Below, one piece after another: positions 50,247 through 59,809 of a DNA stretch of 64,000 nt (positions are counted from its first letter, which is position 1; each line of letters opens with the position of its first letter). The stretch is from a bacterium (GTDB lineage: Bacteria; CLD3; SB21). Where the stretch lies: NCBI GenBank assembly GCA_019695335.1, contig JAIBAF010000002.1, positions 64,474-128,473 on the forward strand. Direction: 5' to 3'. The notes under the pieces are model-generated. The model saw only the letters and a program-made list of their open reading frames with translations, had not been told where the DNA came from and did not search any database. A program made the position numbers and the translations under genes.

Positions 50247-51209
50247 TTAATTAGCCTGAGTTTTTAAAAAATCAAAAAAAACATCCACATCTACATTGCC
50301 ACCGCTTAATAAAACGGCTATTTTTTTATTATGCAGATTCAATTCGTTTTTCAGTACAGCAGCGAGAGGAACGGCGGCGGTTGGTTCAACAATGATTTTT
50401 AGTCGTGAATAAATAAGTTCCATGGCCGCTATAACTTCTTTATCACTCACGAGTACAATATCATCAACTTTATTTTTTATAATTTCAAAAGTTTTCGGCC
50501 CCAAAGATAATGTTCGCATTCCGTCGGCGATGGTTTTTGGCGGTGCGATTGCTACAATTTTATCAGTGCGAAATGACTGATAGGCGTCGTTAGCAGCTTC
50601 TGTTTCAACTCCGATTACGCGAATATGAGGCATCAAATGTTTAAGCGAAACGGCATTTCCGGAAATCAAACCGCCGCCGCCCACCGGAAAAAACGCATAA
50701 TCCAAATCTTTGAAACGATCGTATATTTCTATTCCAATTGTTCCTTGGCCAGCAATGATGTAATCGTCATTAAAAGGAACAACAAGCGCACGGTTTTCTT
50801 CTTCAGCAATTTTTTTTCCAATAACTTCGCGGTCTTCTTTCATTCGATCATAGAAAACAATTTGAGCGCCGTAGTTTTGTGTTCCTTCCACTTTGGATTT
50901 AGGCGAGTCGGTCGGCATCACAATTTTTGCGGAAGTGTTCAGCAGCTTTGCCGCCAGCGCGACACCCTGAGCATGATTACCCGATGAAAAAGCAGCGACA
51001 CCGCGTTGGAGTTGATCAAACGTTAATGAACTGATTTTATTATAAGCTCCTCGAATTTTAAATGAACCACCGCGCTGGAAATTTTCACATTTAAAAAAAA
51101 GCGAATTTCCGGAACGATCATTTAAAATATTGGACATCAGGATAGGAGTATGGTGAACTACAGGCGCCACTTTCCTATAAGCAGCTAAAACATCATCGTA
51201 CGTAATCAT
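50247..51209 (-). CDS. PLP-dependent threonine/serine dehydratase (short, no ACT domain)
   Basis: Lys motif ENFQRGGSFKIRGA; glycine-rich PLP loop FPVGGGGLISG. Confidence 0.8.
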   Translation of the reverse strand: MITYDDVLAAYRKVAPVVHHTPILMSNILNDRSGNSLFFKCENFQRGGSFKIRGAYNKISSLTFDQLQRGVAAFSSGNHAQGVALAAKLLNTSAKIVMPTDSPKSKVEGTQNYGAQIVFYDRMKEDREVIGKKIAEEENRALVVPFNDDYIIAGQGTIGIEIYDRFKDLDYAFFPVGGGGLISGNAVSLKHLMPHIRVIGVETEAANDAYQSFRTDKIVAIAPPKTIADGMRTLSLGPKTFEIIKNKVDDIVLVSDKEVIAAMELIYSRLKIIVEPTAAVPLAAVLKNELNLHNKKIAVLLSGGNVDVDVFFDFLKTQAN

Positions 51210-51211
51210 AA

Positions 51212-52273
51212 TTAATTACCGTTTTTAATTACTTCACAAATAAAATCACCGCATTCTTTTGTTCCAAGGCTTCCACCGAGTTCCTGCGTTAACTTGTTTT
51301 TTTGGATAGCAATACGCGCTGCCCGGTCAATCATGTCGGCATTGGTCGTAAAACCAAGATGGCGCAACATCATTTCAGCCGTGAGAACGGCTGCCATCGG
51401 ATTGGCTAAATTTTTTCCAGCTATATCCGGTGCACTTCCGTGAACCGGCTCAAACATCGATACACCGTTAGGATTAATATTTCCGGATGCAGCCAAACCC
51501 ATTCCACCCTGCAGTTGTGCACCGATATCCGTGATAATATCGCCAAAAAGATTGTTCGTCACGATAACTTCAAAATTTTCCGGTTCACGGATCATCATCA
51601 TCGCCAAAGCATCAATATAAAAATGTTTTGAAGTAATTTCAGGATATTCTTTGGCAGTTTCAAAAAAACAACGATACCACAAGTTGTGCCCGTATTGCAT
51701 CGCATTGCTTTTATCGGCCATCGCAAGTTTTTTCAGATTGTTTTTGCGGGCAAATTCAAATGCGTAACGGATAATACGCTCAACGCCCTTACGCGTATTG
51801 ATCTCTTCCTGTATAGCAATTTCGTCAGGAGTATTTTTCTTAAAAATTCCTCCCACACCCACATAAACACCTTCCGTATTTTCACGAAAAACGGTAAAAT
51901 TCACATCCATGGGAGTTTTATTTTTCAGAGGACAAAAACGTTCATCAAGCAATTTAACCGGCCGAAAATTGACGTATAAATCCAACTTAAACCGGGTACC
52001 AAGCAAAATGTCTTTGGCATGTTCGTTACCTGGAACGCGTGGATCGCCGAACGCGCCCATGAGAATCGCTGAATAATTTTTTTTAAAATCATCGTATTGC
52101 TCTTCAGGCATCGTTATTTTTGTTTTGAGATATTTTTCAGCACCATAATCCATTCTAACCAGATCAATATCCATTGGCTTCTTGGCCTGAGTAGCTTCGA
52201 TGACTTTTAAAGCTTCGTGAATTACTTCCGTGCCGATACCGTCACCGGGTATGACTGCAATTTTTTTCATCAA
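51212..52273 (-). CDS. Isocitrate/isopropylmalate dehydrogenase-family enzyme (LeuB or tartrate-dehydrogenase-like)
   Basis: KIAVIPGDGIGTEV N-terminus; NLFGDIITDIGAQLQGGMGLAASGNINP. Confidence 0.7.
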   Translation of the reverse strand: MMKKIAVIPGDGIGTEVIHEALKVIEATQAKKPMDIDLVRMDYGAEKYLKTKITMPEEQYDDFKKNYSAILMGAFGDPRVPGNEHAKDILLGTRFKLDLYVNFRPVKLLDERFCPLKNKTPMDVNFTVFRENTEGVYVGVGGIFKKNTPDEIAIQEEINTRKGVERIIRYAFEFARKNNLKKLAMADKSNAMQYGHNLWYRCFFETAKEYPEITSKHFYIDALAMMMIREPENFEVIVTNNLFGDIITDIGAQLQGGMGLAASGNINPNGVSMFEPVHGSAPDIAGKNLANPMAAVLTAEMMLRHLGFTTNADMIDRAARIAIQKNKLTQELGGSLGTKECGDFICEVIKNGN

Positions 52274-52386
52274 TAACCTTGAAAAGTAAACCGTTCAAAT
52301 AACTGTTTGAAGTTGACGCCAAGTTATCAAAATAAGGAGGGAAATTCAATGAGGATTTACAAATCGATGCAATGTATTTCTATGTC

Positions 52387-53556
52387 TTATACAAACATCT
52401 CCTGACGAGTACCCCATGTATCTTTACGGATCGTCAAAAGAGCAAAGGCTCTAATCGGTGTAGCGATCATAGATTGTACGACTTTTAAAATAGGAGCTAC
52501 GAGGAGCCAAAACCAACTCATCCTTTCGTTTAGAACACTAGTGCGGCCGCGAATGGAAAGCATTAGAAATATAAGATAAAAGGCTGCAAATGATTTGAGA
52601 GCAATTTCAGGATTTATGATAACACCGACTACAAACAAAGGCCCAAACAGCAGGCGAGAAAATAAATCAAGCACATTAAATAGCCAAAAAGGCCTTACAA
52701 TTTTTAATTCCATTATAAATCGTAAATTGGTTTGAAGCGTATTGCGCTCCCACCTGAGAAATTGTTGCAAAAAAACTTTGAGACTTTCGGCGACTGGTGT
52801 TTGAACGTGAGCTGTTTCTTGATACACTACCCTCCCGCGACGCATTGCCAAACGCGTCATACAAGAATCATCACCTGTTCGCATAGAGGCGCCTAGAAAT
52901 CGCTCGTAAATATAATCGTTCATATATTCTTTATATATCAATGTTCTGAATAAACACAATCTTCCGGTTGCATAGGCTGAATCAAAAACGGAAAGCGCAG
53001 CACGATCAAAATCTTGCGAAATCAGAACTGTTCCAAGATACCGAGTCAGCCAATTAACCCGATAATTGATCGCTGTAGTATGTGTAGCAACGCCCTGTAT
53101 GGCACTATTGGCAAAAGGCTTGAGCGCCTCTTCCAAAGCATGGGGCTGAACGATAACATCGCTATCGATATTGGCTAAAATATCAGCTTGCGACCGTTCA
53201 ACGACCCATTTATGGATCATTCTCTTGCCTATATTTTTAGCGAAACGGTGTACAGTTATTCGAGGATTACCTAACGAAAAATTATAAGCGATTTGATAAC
53301 ACTCATCATTTGATGATGCATCATCAATAATGAAAATTTCATCAGGTTGGTGCGATTGATTCAGAATAGATTCCAGGCAAGACCTAAAAAGGTGTGCATC
53401 CTCATTATAAACCGGAACAACTACTGCAGTCTTTAAGCCATTTGTATTGTCCCGGTATGGACGGTATAATAGGTACCCACCTATTTTAGCAACAAAATAG
53501 CCATAACCCATTATATGAGATGCGAACAAAGGAGCATAGTCTATCAAAAAAGACAT
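52387..53556 (-). CDS. Membrane GT2-family glycosyltransferase. Start trimmed to MSFLIDY; the listed ORF overlaps the EF-G gene by 77 nt.
   Basis: VVPVYNEDAHLFRSCLESILNQS...IFIIDDASSND (GT-A DXD region); C-terminal TM helices. Confidence 0.7.
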   Translation of the reverse strand: MSFLIDYAPLFASHIMGYGYFVAKIGGYLLYRPYRDNTNGLKTAVVVPVYNEDAHLFRSCLESILNQSHQPDEIFIIDDASSNDECYQIAYNFSLGNPRITVHRFAKNIGKRMIHKWVVERSQADILANIDSDVIVQPHALEEALKPFANSAIQGVATHTTAINYRVNWLTRYLGTVLISQDFDRAALSVFDSAYATGRLCLFRTLIYKEYMNDYIYERFLGASMRTGDDSCMTRLAMRRGRVVYQETAHVQTPVAESLKVFLQQFLRWERNTLQTNLRFIMELKIVRPFWLFNVLDLFSRLLFGPLFVVGVIINPEIALKSFAAFYLIFLMLSIRGRTSVLNERMSWFWLLVAPILKVVQSMIATPIRAFALLTIRKDTWGTRQEMFV

Positions 53557-53575
53557 GAACAATTTCCTAAGAAAT

Positions 53576-55684
53576 TTACTTCTCGCCTTGAGCGCGTCTT
53601 TCTTCGTATTCCTGGATGATCTTATGCGCAAGTTCGTGAGGCAGTTCAGCATAATGCGTGAATTTTTTTCTGAAAACGCCTCGACCGCTGGTCATCGACC
53701 GCAGAATAGTTGCATATTTTTGTAATTCAGCCAATGGCACGTGAGCACGGACAATCTGGAAATGGCCATCAGCCTCCATACCTTGGATTTGACCGCGGCG
53801 GCCTGAAATATCGCCCATAATGGCACCCATGTATTCTTCAGGAATCTTAACCTCAATTTCATAAATCGGCTCGAGAATTACCGGATGCGCGTCTTTAAAT
53901 CCTTTGCGGAATGCCTGAGCGCCAGCGATTTTGAATGACAATTCATCCGAATCGACATCGTGATACGATCCATCAAATAAGCTGACTTTGACGTCAACTA
54001 CCGTATAACCGGCTATAACACCGCTCGTCATGGCCTCCGTCACGCCCTTTTCAACGGCCGGAATGAAACGTCCCGGTACGACGCCTCCAACGATGTCGTC
54101 AATAAATTCAAAACCTTCGCCGCGTTTTTTGGGCTCAATTTTCAGGTGTACATGTCCGTATTGCCCTCGGCCTCCGGATTGTTTTTTATGCTTAAATTCA
54201 GCGTCTTTGATCGATCCCCGGATAGTCTCTTTGTATGGAATTCGTGCATCGATCAAATCTACTTCCACGCCGAAACGGTCTTTCAGTCTTTTGGTAATGA
54301 TAGTCAGATGCATTTCACCTTGACCACTGACAATGCTCTGTAACGTTTCGGTATCGTAGGTATAAACAAACGAAGGATCTTCTTCATGGAGTGAATGAAG
54401 CCCGGTACTGATCTTGGTTTCGTCGGCTTTTCCTTTCGGAATAATAGCGAACGTAATAATCGGATCGGGAAACTTTATTTCTTCATATCGGACTGTTTTG
54501 TTTTTATCGCATAAACTATTATTAGTATGAGTGTCTTTGAGTTTAACCAATGCTGCAATGTCGCCGGCGCCGATCTGACCGCTATCGACGCGCTCTTTTC
54601 CATTGAGCAAAAACACCTGTCCGATACGCTCCATCAAACCTTTGTTAGCATTCAACACATCGTCGCCGGTTTTTACCGCACCAGAGTATACACGGAATAA
54701 CGACATTTCGCCGACATGCGGTTCACTGAGTGTTTTGAAAACAAAAGCTGAAAACGGAGCGTCTAATTTGCATTCACGCGTTTCAGAAGCGCCGGTTGCA
54801 GACAAACCTTTTTTGGCAGGCATTTCCGCCGGTGAAGGACCGAAATCAACTATGAAATCAAGCAGCGGACGAACACCGACTGAATTGATACCGTTGGTGC
54901 AGAAAACAGGAATGATTTTGCGTGCGAGGATACCTTCACGCAAACCGGTTGCAAATTCATCATCTGTCAGGGTACCGGTTTCAAAATAATCCTCCATGAA
55001 TTTTTCTTCACTCTCCGCCGCATCTTCGATCAAGATTTCGTGAAGTTTATTTAAGCGTTCTTTGAATTCGTTTGGAACATCCAGGGCTTCGTACGTACCG
55101 GATTTATCGGTGTTGAATTTCAATAACTGCATTTTGATGATATCGAAGATCTTATTGAAATCAGCCCGGCCTTCGCCGATAGGAAAACCAATTTCGACAA
55201 TGTGACGATCGCCTCCGAAACGTTCTACCAACACGTCAAATGTTTTATCGAAATTTGAATTTTCTTTGTCTAATTCGTTGATTACAAACATAACAGGCAG
55301 GTTATGTTCAGCGGCGTAGTCCCACGCAATTTCGGTTCCTACATCCATAAGCGCAGTTGCTTTGACCGGAATGATCACCATGTCAGTTACGCTCATAGCT
55401 CCGCGAACTTCACCGCGAAAGTCGGCATATCCCGGCGTGTCGAGGATATTGATCTTCACTCCTTTCCATTCGCAATGCATCAGCGATGTATTGATCGAAA
55501 ATTTACGTTCAATTTCGTCTGAATTATAATCGCTCGCGGTAGACCCTTCTTCAATCGTGCCAAATCGTTTTTTTTCGCCGGCTACATACAGAATGGCTTC
55601 GGATAACGTTGTTTTGCCGGTGCCACCGTGCGACGCAAGACAAATATTACGGATTTTGTCAGGAGCGTAAGATTTCATAATCAT
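53576..55684 (-). CDS. Elongation-factor-G-family GTPase paralog with non-canonical G motifs
   Basis: Five-domain EF-G architecture, but G1 SHGGTGKTT (canonical AHIDAGKTT), G3 DTPGY (canonical DTPGH) and G4 NELD (canonical NKxD). Confidence 0.8.
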   Translation of the reverse strand: MIMKSYAPDKIRNICLASHGGTGKTTLSEAILYVAGEKKRFGTIEEGSTASDYNSDEIERKFSINTSLMHCEWKGVKINILDTPGYADFRGEVRGAMSVTDMVIIPVKATALMDVGTEIAWDYAAEHNLPVMFVINELDKENSNFDKTFDVLVERFGGDRHIVEIGFPIGEGRADFNKIFDIIKMQLLKFNTDKSGTYEALDVPNEFKERLNKLHEILIEDAAESEEKFMEDYFETGTLTDDEFATGLREGILARKIIPVFCTNGINSVGVRPLLDFIVDFGPSPAEMPAKKGLSATGASETRECKLDAPFSAFVFKTLSEPHVGEMSLFRVYSGAVKTGDDVLNANKGLMERIGQVFLLNGKERVDSGQIGAGDIAALVKLKDTHTNNSLCDKNKTVRYEEIKFPDPIITFAIIPKGKADETKISTGLHSLHEEDPSFVYTYDTETLQSIVSGQGEMHLTIITKRLKDRFGVEVDLIDARIPYKETIRGSIKDAEFKHKKQSGGRGQYGHVHLKIEPKKRGEGFEFIDDIVGGVVPGRFIPAVEKGVTEAMTSGVIAGYTVVDVKVSLFDGSYHDVDSDELSFKIAGAQAFRKGFKDAHPVILEPIYEIEVKIPEEYMGAIMGDISGRRGQIQGMEADGHFQIVRAHVPLAELQKYATILRSMTSGRGVFRKKFTHYAELPHELAHKIIQEYEERRAQGEK

Positions 55685-55765
55685 TCTCCCGTTTTAAGGT
55701 GTGGTGCTGGGGGTGCGCTGTCAGGAAAGTAACGCACCAAAAAGTAAATAATCGGTTAATTAAAA

Positions 55766-56323
55766 TCAAAAATTTTTCAAAGGCTGTGGCTTGGTTAAAT
55801 TGAATAAGAAACTTAAAACACCATAAACACCGAAAGCATACATGAAAACCCCGATACTCAAAAAAACATAAGAGGAAAATTTCCCACTCGTATGTAAAAC
55901 GGCTTCGGCTGGGTTATCGGGATTATAATGAACAGTCAGCATTTTACCCGGGAAATTTTCTATTACTGTTTCTCTGGCCACATTTAGCCGGTTGTTTTTA
56001 GTACCAAAGCCGGGAACGTCCATATCGGTTTTGAGCGTATAGTGCTGGTTGTTCACAGAGTATTCTAAAACGACTTCAGGATGAAAGGCTCGTTTGCCGG
56101 CTACTTCCGATGAAATGATTTTGGCTTCGGCCGTAGGCCATTGTTTAAGTTTGAGAGAAATATCGAACACAGAAAAAAATGTAACAGCCAGGAATGATCC
56201 GGTAATCAACAAGAATGAAAAAATTGCCATCCAAAGTCGTTTTCTTTGGATATTAATTTTAATGATAAAATTAAATCCAAAGGCAATTACAGTGGCTACC
56301 AATAATATAATTACTACAGTCAT
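55766..56323 (-). CDS. DUF3592-like small membrane protein
   Basis: Two TM helices flanking a ~100-aa domain containing HYNPDNPAEAVL. Confidence 0.45.
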   Translation of the reverse strand: MTVVIILLVATVIAFGFNFIIKINIQRKRLWMAIFSFLLITGSFLAVTFFSVFDISLKLKQWPTAEAKIISSEVAGKRAFHPEVVLEYSVNNQHYTLKTDMDVPGFGTKNNRLNVARETVIENFPGKMLTVHYNPDNPAEAVLHTSGKFSSYVFLSIGVFMYAFGVYGVLSFLFNLTKPQPLKNF

Positions 56324-56380
56324 TCAAAAAAATTTAGTAGATAAAAAAACCGGCTAAATTTATTAACCGGCTTTTAAAAT

Positions 56381-57163
56381 TTATTTTCCCTGAAAGTTCG
56401 GTTTGCGTTTCTCCATGAAGGCTTTGGTTCCTTCTTTCATATCATCGCTGGAGAATACCAGGCCGAATAAATTGGCCTCAAAATTAAGTCCTTCGGCCAG
56501 CGTCATTTCCATCCCGCTCTGAACAGCTTCCAATGTAAGTTTGACGGCAACCGGAGCCTTAGAACCGATGGTATTCAACATCTTTTCACAGGTTGAAATT
56601 AATTCCTCTTTTTTTACGACGCGGTTAGCCAAGCCGATCCGAAAAGCTTCTTCAGCGGAAATCATATCGCCGGTGCAAAGCAACTCGATCGCGCGTCCTT
56701 TTCCGACAAGCCGAGGAAGACGCTGAGTTCCGCCATTGCCGGCAATCAAACCCAGGTTCACTTCCGGCTGGCCGAATTTGGCATTTTCAGATGCAATGCG
56801 CATGTGACAGGCCATCGACAATTCACAACCGCCTCCAAGAGCGAAACCGTTGACGGCGGCAATAACAGGTTTATTCATGCGTTCGATAAAACATAAAACC
56901 ACTTCGCTGCGTAGCGCAAATTCTTTGGCGGTCACAGGAGTTTGTACGGCCAGTTCAGTAATATCGGCGCCGGCTACAAAAGCTTTTTCACCGCTGCCTG
57001 TTAGAATTACGCCGATTACTTGAGAATCATCGTTTAACTTTTTAAACGCATCGTACAATTCAGTGAATGTTTCCGAATTCAGGGCATTCAGCTTATCCGG
57101 TCGGTTGATCGTCAGGTAAGCGATCTTGTTTTTCGTTTCCAGTAAAATATTTTTATAAGCCAT
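56381..57163 (-). CDS. Enoyl-CoA hydratase/isomerase (crotonase) family protein
   Basis: ILTGSGEKAFVAGADI oxyanion-hole motif; catalytic Glu region GGGCELSMACH. Confidence 0.85.
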   Translation of the reverse strand: MAYKNILLETKNKIAYLTINRPDKLNALNSETFTELYDAFKKLNDDSQVIGVILTGSGEKAFVAGADITELAVQTPVTAKEFALRSEVVLCFIERMNKPVIAAVNGFALGGGCELSMACHMRIASENAKFGQPEVNLGLIAGNGGTQRLPRLVGKGRAIELLCTGDMISAEEAFRIGLANRVVKKEELISTCEKMLNTIGSKAPVAVKLTLEAVQSGMEMTLAEGLNFEANLFGLVFSSDDMKEGTKAFMEKRKPNFQGK

Positions 57164-57222
57164 CGGGAAATTCTCCTTATTTTAAATATGTGAATTTTTC
57201 AATAATCAGAAAATGAGTTTCG

Positions 57223-58236
57223 TCATGTCTTAGCGATGGCCAACTGAATGATTTTTTCGATCAATTTATCAAATTCCATACCTACCGCTTTGGCCGCTTT
57301 TGGGACCAGGCTTGTTGCCGTCATTCCCGGCAGTGTATTGACTTCCAGGCAATACAGCTTTTCTTCCGGACTTAACCGGAAATCAATTCGTGCATATCCC
57401 TGGCAGTTGATTCCATCAAATGCCATTTTTGCAAAACGCCGGGCATCATCAGCAACATTAGGCGAAATATCTGCGGGACAAACATATTGTGTTTTGCCTT
57501 TAGTATATTTGTGTTCGTAGTCGTAAAAACCGCTTTGAGGAATGATCTCGATTACCGGCAAAGCCTCACCTCCTACTACAGCGACGGTCAATTCTCGCCC
57601 TGCAATATACTCTTCGACGAGGATATCGCTATATTGCGCCGCTTTATGAATTGCATTGGTCAATTCTGATTTTTCTTTTACGAGCGACAGTCCTACTGTT
57701 GAGCCTTCTTCATTAGGTTTAACAATTAACGGAAATCTAAAATCCGTTTCAATTCTTGTAATAATTTTTGAATGCGATTCGTCCTTTTTAAAAAACAAAT
57801 ATTGCGGGGTCGGAACGCCGATGCTTTCAAAAACCCGTTTCGACATGACTTTGTTCATTGCCAATGCGCTTGCAAGAACACCGGAACCTGTGTAACGAAT
57901 TTTCGCCAAATCGAGAAGACTTTGAAGTTTCCCATTTTCGCCGATACCGCCGTGTAAGCCTAAAAAAACCGCATCAGCTTTTTTTACGATATCCGAATCA
58001 ATCAACTGCGAATAGACCGCCAATTGTTTTTCAGCCGCTTTTTCCATTGCAATTCTGTCCGGCGGTGCGGAACCAATTTGAGCAAGCATTTCCGGCGTAA
58101 TGAGATTACCGGAAGCCGTGTCGATCATTGTCACACTGTGGCCGGTGTCGTGCATGGCTTTAAAAACAGCCGATGAAGAAGACAATGAGACATCCCGTTC
58201 ACTTGACGTTCCACCTGCAAAAATAACCAGGTTCAT
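57223..58236 (-). CDS. ddl: D-alanine--D-alanine ligase
   Basis: N-terminal GGTSSERDVSLSS; ATP-grasp motifs; C-terminal EVNTLPGMT. Confidence 0.85.
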   Translation of the reverse strand: MNLVIFAGGTSSERDVSLSSSSAVFKAMHDTGHSVTMIDTASGNLITPEMLAQIGSAPPDRIAMEKAAEKQLAVYSQLIDSDIVKKADAVFLGLHGGIGENGKLQSLLDLAKIRYTGSGVLASALAMNKVMSKRVFESIGVPTPQYLFFKKDESHSKIITRIETDFRFPLIVKPNEEGSTVGLSLVKEKSELTNAIHKAAQYSDILVEEYIAGRELTVAVVGGEALPVIEIIPQSGFYDYEHKYTKGKTQYVCPADISPNVADDARRFAKMAFDGINCQGYARIDFRLSPEEKLYCLEVNTLPGMTATSLVPKAAKAVGMEFDKLIEKIIQLAIAKT

Positions 58237-58324
58237 TTAAAACTCCGATTGGCTCAAATTTAAAAGCCTTCGATCCCATCGTGTCTGGAACCAAAGGCTT
58301 TCAAAGGCACGGTGTAACTATAGT

Positions 58325-59797
58325 TTACATTAATTTCATCATCAAAGACGGAAGGACACCGAGCACGATGATTCCGGCGCTGCTGAGCATCAATGCCAGC
58401 GAAGTGGCTTTAGAAACTTCTACGTCTTCCAACGGTTCTTCGGGTTCGCTGAAATACATTTTAACCAACACGTTGAGATAATAATAAACCGAAATCAGCG
58501 CCGTGATAACAGCGACGATGGTTAATCCGACATATCCCGCATCGATGGCCGTGGAGAAAATTTGTAGTTTGGCAATAAAACCGCCGGTGAGAGGAATGCC
58601 CGCCAGCGATAACATGGCAATCGTCATTCCTACGCTGAGCATGGGATATTTAGCGCCGAATCCGGCGAAATTTTCGATTTTAAGATTACGCCCTTCGCGG
58701 CTTTCAAAAATGTAAATGATCGAAAACGCCGTAAGATTCATGAGCGCATAAACCATCACATAAAAAGCTATCGAATTGGACACAAAGCCGGGATTACTGT
58801 CAGCCAACTTAGGTCCAGAGAGAATAGCCATGATAATGTAACCGGCATGCGCGATACTTGAAAAAGCAAGCATGCGTTTGATGTCTGTTTGGATCAATGC
58901 CAATAAATTACCGGTAACCATTGTGATAATGCAGATCCAATATAGAATGGTCGACCAGTCAATGTGAAGCGGTGCGAAAGCTTCGACGAATACGCGTGCA
59001 AAAGCTGCAAATGCGGCCGCTTTTGGGGCGGTGGCAATAAAACCGGTGATCGGTGCAGGAGCGCCCTGATAAACATCGGGTGACCACATGTGAAAAGGCA
59101 CCAACGCCACTTTAAATCCGAAACCGATCAAAAGCATAGCTAATGCACTCAGCATCAACGGATCGCCCAGCATGTTATTGGTCTGCAAGTAGCGGCTGAT
59201 TTTAACCAGATCAAAACTGCCGGTTGTGCCATACGTCAGCGAAATGCCATAAAGGAAAAATCCGGAAGCAAAAGCGCCCAATAGAAAATATTTGAGCGCG
59301 GCTTCAAGCGAATGAACGCGGGCGCGATTCATACCTATCAGAACGTAAAGTCCGATCGATAAAATTTCCAAGCCCAGGAAGATAACCAATAAATTCTGAC
59401 TCGAAGCCATGATCATCATGCCAAGAGTTGAAATCAAAACGATGGAAAAAAACTCACCAATTTTATGATCATCGACAGCATCATGCGTAACTAAAGCAAT
59501 CAGGGTTGCACTGATCAAAATGATCATGTTGAAAGCGTTGGAATAGCTATTGATCGTGATCATACCTGCGAAAACCGTCTGATTGATGTCCCAAATCATA
59601 AACGTATTGACCAATGCGGCAACGCACGTCAAGGCGGATAGGTAACCCAGGTATTTTCGCGTGCTGTGCACAAAAACGCTTAATAAAAGAACGAGGCAGG
59701 CGCCAATGGTTAAAATAATTTGCGGCATAATAGCCGACATGTTCGTATCAGGAATAAAGACTTCCACAAATCCTCCGTTATAAAAACTATCGGTCAA
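58325..59797 (-). CDS. nuoN: NADH-quinone oxidoreductase subunit N (antiporter-like)
   Basis: About 14-TM profile; conserved NuoN/ND2 motifs (LLAFSSIAHAGY, MWSPDVYQGAP). Confidence 0.85.
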   Translation of the reverse strand: MTDSFYNGGFVEVFIPDTNMSAIMPQIILTIGACLVLLLSVFVHSTRKYLGYLSALTCVAALVNTFMIWDINQTVFAGMITINSYSNAFNMIILISATLIALVTHDAVDDHKIGEFFSIVLISTLGMMIMASSQNLLVIFLGLEILSIGLYVLIGMNRARVHSLEAALKYFLLGAFASGFFLYGISLTYGTTGSFDLVKISRYLQTNNMLGDPLMLSALAMLLIGFGFKVALVPFHMWSPDVYQGAPAPITGFIATAPKAAAFAAFARVFVEAFAPLHIDWSTILYWICIITMVTGNLLALIQTDIKRMLAFSSIAHAGYIIMAILSGPKLADSNPGFVSNSIAFYVMVYALMNLTAFSIIYIFESREGRNLKIENFAGFGAKYPMLSVGMTIAMLSLAGIPLTGGFIAKLQIFSTAIDAGYVGLTIVAVITALISVYYYLNVLVKMYFSEPEEPLEDVEVSKATSLALMLSSAGIIVLGVLPSLMMKLM

Positions 59798-59809
59798 GCT
59801 TGACGTGAA

